From: an uncultured Gemmatimonadales bacterium
Lineage (GTDB): Bacteria; Gemmatimonadota; Gemmatimonadetes; Longimicrobiales; RSA9
NCBI GenBank assembly: GCA_963816355.1
Contig: CAWFKH010000003.1
Coordinates: 1,184,001-1,248,000 of the forward strand
Direction of reading: 5' to 3'
Length of the DNA: 64,000 nt
Below, piece after piece: positions 41,570 to 49,672 of the stretch. A program made the position numbers and the translations under genes. The first letter of the stretch is position 1, and every line of letters begins with the position of its first letter. The notes below the pieces were generated by a model. That model saw only the letters and a program-made list of their open reading frames with translations, searched no databases and had not been told where the DNA came from.

Positions 41570-43291
41570 CTAGAAGAAGATCGGCTCCTTGAAGGAGCCG
41601 TAGACCTCCTCGAGCGAATGGCGAATCTCGAACAGGGTGGCGCGAGCGCGCACCGCCTCCAGCATCGGCTCGATCACGTTCACGCCTTCGCGCGCGGCGC
41701 CGCTCAACGCCGCGAGCGTGCCCGCGACGTCGCCTTCGTCGCGCTCACCGCGCAGCCGCGCCAGGCGCTCGCGCTGCCGGCGCTCCGACGCTTCCGTCAC
41801 CTTCAGGATCTCGATCTGCGAATCGTCGCCGCCCTGCACGAACGCGTTCACGCCCACGACCGTCCGGTCGCCTGCCTCGATCTCGCGCTGCTGCGCCTCG
41901 GCGCTACGCGCGATCTCGCGCTGGAAGTAGCCCTCCTCGATTCCCGCCACGACGCCGCCGATGCGGTCGACCTCCTCGAAGATCGCCTCCGCCTCGCGCT
42001 CGAGCCGGTCCGTCGTGGCTTCCACGTAGTAGGAGCCCGCGAGCGGGTCGATCGTGTCGGCCACGCCGGTCTCGTACGCGAGCACCTGCTGCGTGCGCAG
42101 CGCGATGCGGACCGCCTTCTCCGTCGGCAGCGCCAGTGTCTCGTCCATCGAATTCGTGTGCAGGGACTGCGTGCCGCCCAGCACCGCCGCCATCGCCTGG
42201 TAGGCGACGCGAACAATGTTGTTCTCCGGCTGCTGCGCGACCAGGCTGACCCCCGCCGTCTGCGCGTGCGTGCGCAGCCGCCACGACGCCTCCCGCTTCG
42301 CGCCGTAGCGCTCCCGCAGCCGCCGCGCCCAGATCCGACGGGCGGCTCGGAACTTCGCGATCTCCTCGAAGAAGTCGTTGTGGACGTCGAAGAAGAAGGA
42401 GAGCTGTGGGGCGAATTCGTCCACGTCGAGCCCGCGCGCGATCCCCCGCTCCACGTACTCGAAGCCGTTGCGCAGCGTGTACGCCAGCTCCTGCCCCGCC
42501 GTCGCGCCCGCCTCACGGATGTGGTAGCCGCTGATCGAGATCGGATTGTACTTCGGCGCCTTCGCCGCGCACCACTCGAACATGTCCACGATCAGCTTCA
42601 GCGCGGGCTCCGGCGGGTAGAGCCACGCGTGCTGCGCCATATACTCCTTCAGGATGTCGTTCTGGACCGTCCCCCGCAGCTTCTCCGATGCGACCCCCTG
42701 CCGCTCCGCCGCCACCACGTAGAACGCGAACAGGATGATCGCCGGCCCGTTGATCGTCATCGACACGGACACCTCGTCCAGCGGAATGCCGTCGAAGAGC
42801 GTCTCCATGTCGTCCAGGCTCGACACCGCCACGCCGCACTTGCCCACTTCGCCCAGCGAGCGCGGATGGTCCGAGTCGTAGCCCATCAGCGTCGGGAAGT
42901 CGAACGCCACCGACAACCCCGTCTGGCCGTGCTCCAGCAGATAATGGTAGCGCGCGTTCGTCTCCTCCGACGTACCGAATCCCGCGAACTGCCGCATCGT
43001 CCACAGCCGCGTTCGGTACATCGTCGTGTACGGCCCTCGCGTGAACGGGTACTCCCCCGGAAACCCGAGCGCGTCCACATAGTCGTCGCCCGCCACGTCC
43101 AGCGGCGTGTACAGCGGCGCGACCGGCGCCCCCGACAACGTCGTGAACGGCGACTCCCGCTTCGGCACCGCGCCGTAGGCACGCTCCCACGCAGCCAACT
43201 GCTCGCGTACCGCCGCCAGCTCGCGCTCACGCTCCGCCAGCCGCTGCTCCAGATCCGCGCCCGTCGCCACTTCCCGCTCCGTCACGCCCAT
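41570..43291 (-). CDS. B12-dependent acyl-CoA mutase large subunit (isobutyryl-CoA mutase IcmA-like)
   Basis: PGEYPFTRG, WTMRQFAGFG, QNDILKEYMAQ, SISGYHIREAG, GGTQSLHTNS. Confidence 0.9.
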   Translation of the reverse strand: MGVTEREVATGADLEQRLAERERELAAVREQLAAWERAYGAVPKRESPFTTLSGAPVAPLYTPLDVAGDDYVDALGFPGEYPFTRGPYTTMYRTRLWTMRQFAGFGTSEETNARYHYLLEHGQTGLSVAFDFPTLMGYDSDHPRSLGEVGKCGVAVSSLDDMETLFDGIPLDEVSVSMTINGPAIILFAFYVVAAERQGVASEKLRGTVQNDILKEYMAQHAWLYPPEPALKLIVDMFEWCAAKAPKYNPISISGYHIREAGATAGQELAYTLRNGFEYVERGIARGLDVDEFAPQLSFFFDVHNDFFEEIAKFRAARRIWARRLRERYGAKREASWRLRTHAQTAGVSLVAQQPENNIVRVAYQAMAAVLGGTQSLHTNSMDETLALPTEKAVRIALRTQQVLAYETGVADTIDPLAGSYYVEATTDRLEREAEAIFEEVDRIGGVVAGIEEGYFQREIARSAEAQQREIEAGDRTVVGVNAFVQGGDDSQIEILKVTEASERRQRERLARLRGERDEGDVAGTLAALSGAAREGVNVIEPMLEAVRARATLFEIRHSLEEVYGSFKEPIFF

Positions 43292-43331
43292 GGTCGTCGT
43301 CCGATCCCGGTTCCGTTTCCCTCGACCCCCT

Positions 43332-43359
43332 ACCCGTGCGACCCCACCCGTGCGACCCC
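43332..43359. repeat. 14-bp tandem repeat ACCCGTGCGACCCC x2 within a C-rich tract
   Basis: Read directly between meaB and the mutase gene. Confidence 0.7.
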
Positions 43360-43395
43360 CACCCCTAGCCTCCTCCACTCGTGCGACCGTCGGAA

Positions 43396-44463
43396 CTACC
43401 CCGTCACCGCTCGCACGATTCGCTCCGCCACCTCGTAGGGCGTCTCCGCCCCGGACTCCAGTCCGAGCCGCGACGCCTCCAGCATCTCCTGCCCCACCGC
43501 CCACGCCCGCTCCCGGATCTCCCGCTCCACCGCCTGCCGCACCCGCTGCTCCGTCCGCTCCCGCTGCCGCCGCATCCCCTCGCCCGAGGTCCGCAGCCAC
43601 GCCCGGTGACGGTCCAGGGTGGCGTGCAGCTCGTCGACTCCGTCACCGGATTCGGCCGACGTGCGTAACACGGGTATATCCCATGGGTTGCCATCCTCCA
43701 CTTCATCCACTTTGTCATGGGCGGCCTCCGGAGGCGCGGTCCGCGCCGCGGCACGCCGGAAGTCGACGCCATGGTGGGCAGGGACGCGGCGGAACGTGCG
43801 GCCGGCCTTGAGGTGGAGCTGCATCTCGATCTCGCGCGCGAGCCGCTCGGCGCCCGGCCGATCGGCCTTGTTGACGACGAAGACATCGGAGATCTCCATG
43901 AGTCCCGCCTTCATCGCCTGCACGGAATCGCCCGACTCCGGGGTGAGGACGACGACGGTGGTGTCCGCGGCGGCGGCGATGTCGAGCTCGGACTGACCGA
44001 CGCCGACCGTCTCGAGGAGGATGCGGTCGAAACCGAAGGCGTCCATGACGTCGGCGACCTCGCGCGTGGTCAGGGCGAGGCCGCCGAGCGAGCCGCGGGT
44101 GGCCATGGAACGGATGAAGACGCCGCGGTCCGTGGCCGCATCGTTCATGCGGATGCGATCGCCGAGCAGCGCGCCGCCGGTGAACGGCGAGCTGGGATCG
44201 ACGGCGACGACGCCGACGGTTTCGTCGCGCCCGCGGTAGCGCTCGATGAGCGCGGCGGTGAGGGAGGACTTCCCCGCCCCGGGCGGGCCGGTGAGCCCGA
44301 TGCGGTGAGCGCGCCCGGTGAGCGGGTGCAGCGCGCGCAGCAGGTCGCGGTAGCCTGCGCGCCCGTCCTCGACGATCGAGATCGTGCGGGCGAGCGCGAC
44401 GCGCCGCCCCGCGCGAAGATCGTCGAGGAGGCGCTGGATCGGGATGTTCGTGCCGGTCGCCAT
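43396..44463 (-). CDS. meaB: Mutase-associated G-protein chaperone MeaB/ArgK
   Basis: GPPGAGKSS, VDPSSPFTGGALLGDRIRM, ETVGVGQSE, NKAD. Confidence 0.95.
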   Translation of the reverse strand: MATGTNIPIQRLLDDLRAGRRVALARTISIVEDGRAGYRDLLRALHPLTGRAHRIGLTGPPGAGKSSLTAALIERYRGRDETVGVVAVDPSSPFTGGALLGDRIRMNDAATDRGVFIRSMATRGSLGGLALTTREVADVMDAFGFDRILLETVGVGQSELDIAAAADTTVVVLTPESGDSVQAMKAGLMEISDVFVVNKADRPGAERLAREIEMQLHLKAGRTFRRVPAHHGVDFRRAAARTAPPEAAHDKVDEVEDGNPWDIPVLRTSAESGDGVDELHATLDRHRAWLRTSGEGMRRQRERTEQRVRQAVEREIRERAWAVGQEMLEASRLGLESGAETPYEVAERIVRAVTG

Positions 44464-44621
44464 GGCGAACAAGATGTCGGCGAGGGTGGCACAGGGTCAA
44501 ACGGCGCGGCGATCGGGCGGGGGGACCGATGAGGTCCCGAACAGGTTGACGGCCGGGGGTAGGTCGTCCACAGAATGAGGAGTTAGCTCCGTGGTCATTC
44601 CCCGATCGTCATGGAGGCTCC

Positions 44622-45320
44622 ATGTCCGACAACCACTCGCCCGGCTCTGACCGCCGCACCTTCCTCACCCGCGTGGGCGCCGGCGCCGCGGCGCTCGGTT
44701 TCGGCGCGGCCGCGCCCGCCTCGCTCGCGGCGGCCGACCCGAACCTCCTCGCCGCGGCGCTGCGCGGCGCGGGCACCGGCGTCGACCCCGCCCTCGAGGC
44801 GTGGTTCAAGCGCATCAACGGCAAGCATCGCGCGGTGTTCGATGCACCGGGTATGAACAGCGGGTTCCCGGCGATCTTCCCGCGCGTCTACCTGATCACG
44901 ATGAACCAGACGTACGGGACGAAGGACGCCGACAACTCCGTCGTGCTGATCCTGCGCCACGAGGCGATCCCGATGGGAATGCAGGACGCGATGTGGGCGA
45001 AGTATCCGTTCGGCGAGGAGATGGGCGTGAAGGACGGAGAGGCGCCGGCGAAGCGCAACGTCTACGCGACGATCGAGGGCCTGCCCCTCCCCGGTCTGGG
45101 CGTGAATGAGCTCCTGAAGAGCAACGTGCTCGTGGGCGTCTGCAACATGGCGCTCACGGTCGCGAGCGCGCACTTCGCGCAGAAGATGAATCTCGATGCC
45201 GCCACCGTGAAGCAGGAATGGATCGACCACCTGCTGCCGGGCGTCCAGGTCGTCCCCTCCGGCGTCATGGCCGTCGGCCGCGCCCAGGAGGAGGGCTGCG
45301 GCTACGTGTTCGCGGGCTAG
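44622..45320 (+). CDS. Tat-exported DsrE/F-like protein
   Basis: GGAGG RBS; DRRTFL twin-arginine signal; GVCNMAL...VVPSGVMAVGRAQEEGCGYV. Confidence 0.7.
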   Translation: MSDNHSPGSDRRTFLTRVGAGAAALGFGAAAPASLAAADPNLLAAALRGAGTGVDPALEAWFKRINGKHRAVFDAPGMNSGFPAIFPRVYLITMNQTYGTKDADNSVVLILRHEAIPMGMQDAMWAKYPFGEEMGVKDGEAPAKRNVYATIEGLPLPGLGVNELLKSNVLVGVCNMALTVASAHFAQKMNLDAATVKQEWIDHLLPGVQVVPSGVMAVGRAQEEGCGYVFAG

Positions 45321-45458
45321 CCCGCGGCCGCGGCGCTCAGGCTGAAGGCGACCGCGCCTCCGATTCGCCGTTCCCGCGCCGCTGCCGCGGGGGCGCCCGG
45401 GTCGGAGGCGCGGCGCTTTCCCGCCCCCGCCTTCTCCCGGTCACCTTCCTGCCCTTCC

Positions 45459-47156
45459 TCACTCCTCGGGGTGCGACGGCAACCCCTCCCCGCGCGGCCG
45501 GATGCGGCGCGCGTGGCGGAGCGGGTTCTCCAGCAGGTGGGACGGGAGCAGGAAGACGAGCACGAAGAAGACGAGCGAGACGAAGAGGCCGCCGGCGAGG
45601 ATCCAGGCGTTGCGCAGGGCGACGAAGGTGATCGACGCGATGAGCGCGCCGCCGAGCGCGAAGATGCTGAGCAGCACGCGTCGCACCTGCAGCAGCAGGA
45701 AACGTTCGCCCTGCCGCATGTCCTGCGGGTGGAAGCGGACGCGCAACTCCTCCCGCTCCGCCCGCCTGAGCAGCTCCGGCAGCGCGGTGATGGCGACGCC
45801 GGCGTCGCCGAGGAAGCGGCGCACGATCGTCTGCGTGGCGGCGCTCGCGGCGCCGCTCCCGCCGCCGGCGCGCAGCAGCTCGCCCTTCATGCGCTGCACC
45901 ACGCGGCGCGTCACGTCGAGGCCGGCGAAGTCGGGGTCGTAGCGGTAGCCGATCCCCTCGAGGAGGGCGGCCGCGCGGAAGAAGTACACCAGCTCCTGCG
46001 GCAGCACGAGCGGCCACGTGTAGAACGTGTCGAGGATGTCGGCGACCATCTCCTGGACGCGCTGCGTGCCCAGATCGCGCGCGCGCTCGACGATGGCGAG
46101 GATCTCGCCGGCCGCTTCGCGCACCTCGCGCCGCGAGATGTCGGGATCGATCATGCCGAGCTCGTACATCTCGGCGATCATGGCGTCGAGGTCTTCGCGG
46201 CCGGTGGCGAGTGCGATGCGCAGCAGTCGGTCGCGCGTAGGGTGATTGAGGTGGACGACCATTCCCCAGTCGATGAAGACGATGCGGCCGGCCGGGTCGA
46301 GCAGGATGTTGCCCGGGTGCGGATCGGCGTGCAGGAAGCCGTCGATCAGCATCATCCGGAGATAGACCTCGCTCAGCGTGTCCATCAGGCGGTCGAGACT
46401 CAGCTCGCCGGACTCGAAGCGCGGCCCGAGGTGATCGACCTTGTCGCCGTCGATCCACTCCATCACCAGCACGCGACGGGTCGTGAACTCGGGGAAGACC
46501 TCCGGGGCCCGCACGCGCGCATCGGCGCTGAAGTTGTGCCGGAAGCGCTCGATGTGGCGCGCCTCCATGCGAAAGTCCATCTCCTCCCGGATGCGCACGC
46601 TGAACTCGCGGACGACGCTGGTCAACGCGCGCACGTGGTGGTTCGGGAAGAGCGTGTTGAGGAGGAAGAGCGCGCGGAAGGAGATGTCGAGGTCGAGCGC
46701 GACGAGCTGCTCGACGTGCGGCCGCAACACCTTCACGGCCACGGCGCGCCCCTCGACGCTCGCGCGGTGCACCTGGCCGAGGCTCGCCGCCGCGACCGGC
46801 TCCCGCTCGAAGTGGTCGAACAGCTCGTCCATCGGACGTTTCAGCTCCGAGGCGAGCACCGCCTCGATCGCGGCGGCAGCGTCCGGCGGCACGCGGTCCT
46901 GCAGCCGCGTCACCGCGGAAAGGTACGGCTCCGGCAGGATGTCGGCGCGCGCGCTGAACACCTGCGCCAGCTTGATGAAAGTGGGGCCGAGCGCCGCGAT
47001 GGTGTCCGTCAGCCGCTCGGCGCGCCGCACGTGGGTCTCGTACGCGACGGCGCGAGGACGCCCGAAGAAGATCCAGCGCCGGCGATCGCGCAGGAAGGCG
47101 ACGACGAACGGACCGAGCCCGCGGAACACCATCGCCGCGCGGCGCCACCGCTTCAT
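45459..47156 (-). CDS. ABC1/UbiB (AarF) family atypical kinase
   Basis: LGPTFIKLAQ, AAASLGQVH, VAVKV, HADPHPGN, IDWG. Confidence 0.93.
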   Translation of the reverse strand: MKRWRRAAMVFRGLGPFVVAFLRDRRRWIFFGRPRAVAYETHVRRAERLTDTIAALGPTFIKLAQVFSARADILPEPYLSAVTRLQDRVPPDAAAAIEAVLASELKRPMDELFDHFEREPVAAASLGQVHRASVEGRAVAVKVLRPHVEQLVALDLDISFRALFLLNTLFPNHHVRALTSVVREFSVRIREEMDFRMEARHIERFRHNFSADARVRAPEVFPEFTTRRVLVMEWIDGDKVDHLGPRFESGELSLDRLMDTLSEVYLRMMLIDGFLHADPHPGNILLDPAGRIVFIDWGMVVHLNHPTRDRLLRIALATGREDLDAMIAEMYELGMIDPDISRREVREAAGEILAIVERARDLGTQRVQEMVADILDTFYTWPLVLPQELVYFFRAAALLEGIGYRYDPDFAGLDVTRRVVQRMKGELLRAGGGSGAASAATQTIVRRFLGDAGVAITALPELLRRAEREELRVRFHPQDMRQGERFLLLQVRRVLLSIFALGGALIASITFVALRNAWILAGGLFVSLVFFVLVFLLPSHLLENPLRHARRIRPRGEGLPSHPEE

Positions 47157-48520
47157 AGCAGCAGCCGCGTCGCGAGGCCGAGGAGCAGGAAGAAGCCGCC
47201 GAGGTCCGTCAGCGTGGTGACGAAGACGGAGGACGCCACGGCCGGATCGATGCCGATGCGGTCGAGCAGGATCGGCACGAAAGCGCCGCCCAGGGACGCG
47301 ATGATCAGGTTGCCCCACATGGATAGCAGTACCACGAAACCGAGGACGAAGTTGCCCAGCCACCAGTAGCTGGCCAGCCCCGCAATGGTGCCGAGCACGA
47401 CTCCGTTGAACATGCCGACGAGCAGCTCCTTGCCCACCACCCCCCAGCGCTCGAGGGAGCTGTCCTCTCCCAGCGCGAGGCGCCTCACCGTCACCGCGAG
47501 CGCCTGCGTCGCCGCGTTGCCGCCCATCCCCGCGATCACCGGCATGATCGCCGCGAGCACCGCCGCCTCCGCGATCGACTCGCGGTAGATGTAGACGACG
47601 AACGCGGCCAGCACCGCGGTGCCGAGGTTGACGAAGAGCCACGGCAGCCGGCTGCGCACGGCGTCCCACCAACCGCCGCGCACCTCTTCGTCCGCGGTGA
47701 CCCCGGCGAGGCGGAGCAGGTCCTCCGTCTGCTCGGCCTCGATCACGTCCATGACGTCGTCCCACGTGATGCGGCCCAGCAGCACGTGGTCGGCGCCCAC
47801 GACGGGAATCGACGGCACGTTGTAGCGCGCCATCAGACGTCCCACATCCTCCTGGTCGAGCGTCACGGGCACCGCCGCGACCGGCTCCTCGACCAGCTCC
47901 GCCACGCGCTCCTCCGGATCCGCCAGCACCACGTCCTGCAGCGAGACGGTGCCCAGGAGCCGGTGTCGGCCGTCGACGACGAAGATCGCGTAGAAGTCGT
48001 CGCCCATCTCACGCGCCTGCCGCCGCACCTCTTCGATCGCCTCCGCCGCCGTTGCCGTGCCCGGGACCGCGACGAGGTCCGTCGTCATCAGGCCGCCGGC
48101 GGTGTCCTCCGGGTACTGCAGCAGCCGCTGCAGCCCCATCGCCTCCACGCCCGGCAACGCGGCGAGGACGCGCGCCTGATCCTCCGGCTCCAGGCCGCCG
48201 ATCAGGTCCGCCGCGTCGTCGTCCGCCAGCGTCGCGACCAGCTCGCCGATGCGCTCCGGATCCAGCGAGGCCAGGATCTCCTCCGGCCGCTCCTCGCTCT
48301 CCATCTCCGCGAGCGCCTCCGACGCCAGCTCCGCGGGCAGGAGGTCGAGCAGATAGATCCGGTCCGCCTCGTCGAGCCCCTCGACGACGTCGGCGATGTC
48401 GCTCGGGTGGAATTCGGCCAGGTACTCGCCCAGCGTCGCGCCGTCGCCGGCGCGGATCAGCGCGACGACGCGCTCCAGCCGCTCCCGCGCCTCCTCCACC
48501 GCCGGTGCCTCGCCGCTCAT
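47153..48520 (-). CDS. mgtE: Magnesium transporter MgtE
   Basis: YPEDTAGGLMT, CBS pair, RLPWL, GMGGN, DPAVASSVFVTTLTD. Confidence 0.95.
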   Translation of the reverse strand: MSGEAPAVEEARERLERVVALIRAGDGATLGEYLAEFHPSDIADVVEGLDEADRIYLLDLLPAELASEALAEMESEERPEEILASLDPERIGELVATLADDDAADLIGGLEPEDQARVLAALPGVEAMGLQRLLQYPEDTAGGLMTTDLVAVPGTATAAEAIEEVRRQAREMGDDFYAIFVVDGRHRLLGTVSLQDVVLADPEERVAELVEEPVAAVPVTLDQEDVGRLMARYNVPSIPVVGADHVLLGRITWDDVMDVIEAEQTEDLLRLAGVTADEEVRGGWWDAVRSRLPWLFVNLGTAVLAAFVVYIYRESIAEAAVLAAIMPVIAGMGGNAATQALAVTVRRLALGEDSSLERWGVVGKELLVGMFNGVVLGTIAGLASYWWLGNFVLGFVVLLSMWGNLIIASLGGAFVPILLDRIGIDPAVASSVFVTTLTDLGGFFLLLGLATRLLL

Positions 48521-49200
48521 GCGCGCGCGCTCCCGTCGCCCACCGCCTCGCCTCCCTGAACGGCGGCCGCGTCGGCCTCCGCGGCCGCGACCGCGTCCTC
48601 CAGCTCCGCCGGCGTGACCACTCCCGCCGAGAGGATGTAGGTGAACGCCTCCTCGAGCGTCATCGCGAGCGGAACCGTGCGCTCGCGGGACACGATGACG
48701 AGCCAGCCGGAGGTCGGGTTCGGCGTCGTCGGCACGAACACGGTAACGGCATCGCGCAAGCGCCGACGCGCGGTTCCCGGCGCCTCGCCCGCTACGAACC
48801 CGATCGACCACCGGCCGTCGGCCGGATACTCCACCAGGACGACCTCGCGGAACGCGCTGCGCGAGCCGGAGAACATCGTGCGGACGATGCGGTTGCTCGC
48901 GTTGTAGACGCGGCGGGCGAAGGGGATGCGTTCCAGGGAAGCGTGCCAGAAGCCGATCACGCGCGTGCCGATCGTGCGCTCGGCGAGCCAGCCGGCGACG
49001 AAGAGCAGGACGAGGAGGAGGAGCAGGCCGAGACCGGGAATGGGGCGCCCGAAGGCGACGTACAGGTAGCGGCCGAGAATCCCGTCGAGCCAGCGGAAGA
49101 CGTAGACGAGCACGGCGGCCGTGACGCCGGCGGGCGCGACGATGATCAGTCCGGCGATCAGCCGGCGTCGGAGCACCCGCCCCATATCCGCGTAGCTCAT
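48517..49200 (-). CDS. DUF502 membrane protein
   Basis: VVLVEYP, VFVPTTPNPTSGW, ILSAG. Confidence 0.9.
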   Translation of the reverse strand: MSYADMGRVLRRRLIAGLIIVAPAGVTAAVLVYVFRWLDGILGRYLYVAFGRPIPGLGLLLLLVLLFVAGWLAERTIGTRVIGFWHASLERIPFARRVYNASNRIVRTMFSGSRSAFREVVLVEYPADGRWSIGFVAGEAPGTARRRLRDAVTVFVPTTPNPTSGWLVIVSRERTVPLAMTLEEAFTYILSAGVVTPAELEDAVAAAEADAAAVQGGEAVGDGSARA

Positions 49201-49216
49201 TCCCCCACCGCCCTCC

Positions 49217-49672
49217 TCACGACGCGAGAACGGCGGCCAGGATCCGCTCCTGGGCCGCCCACATCGGACTCTGCTCTCGCCCGTCTTCTTCCGGGTGATC
49301 GTGGCCCAGGACGTGGAGCGTGCCGTGGATGGCGAGGCGGGCCAGCTCCTCGCGCAGCGGGATTCCGCGGGACGCCGCCTGCCGCTCCGCCTCCTGCACG
49401 CCAATGTAGATGTCGCCGAGCGGAGGCTCGTCCGGACCGGCCAGCGAAAACGCGATCACGTCCGTCGGACGACGGCGCCCGAGCCACGCCTCGTTCAGCC
49501 GCTCGATCGTCGCGTCGTCCACCAGTGCAAGCGACAGCTCCGCCTCGGCGACGCCAGCCGCTTCGAGCGCGGCACGCGCGGCGCGCCCCACGAGCCGTCG
49601 GGCGTCGGCCGCACCGACGCCGTTGTCCTTCAGCTCCACGTCCCGGCTCACGCGGACGCGGAGACCGCTCAT
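49217..49672 (-). CDS. ybeY: rRNA maturation endonuclease YbeY
   Basis: PTDVIAF, LGDIYI, HGTLHVLGHDH. Confidence 0.95.
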   Translation of the reverse strand: MSGLRVRVSRDVELKDNGVGAADARRLVGRAARAALEAAGVAEAELSLALVDDATIERLNEAWLGRRRPTDVIAFSLAGPDEPPLGDIYIGVQEAERQAASRGIPLREELARLAIHGTLHVLGHDHPEEDGREQSPMWAAQERILAAVLAS

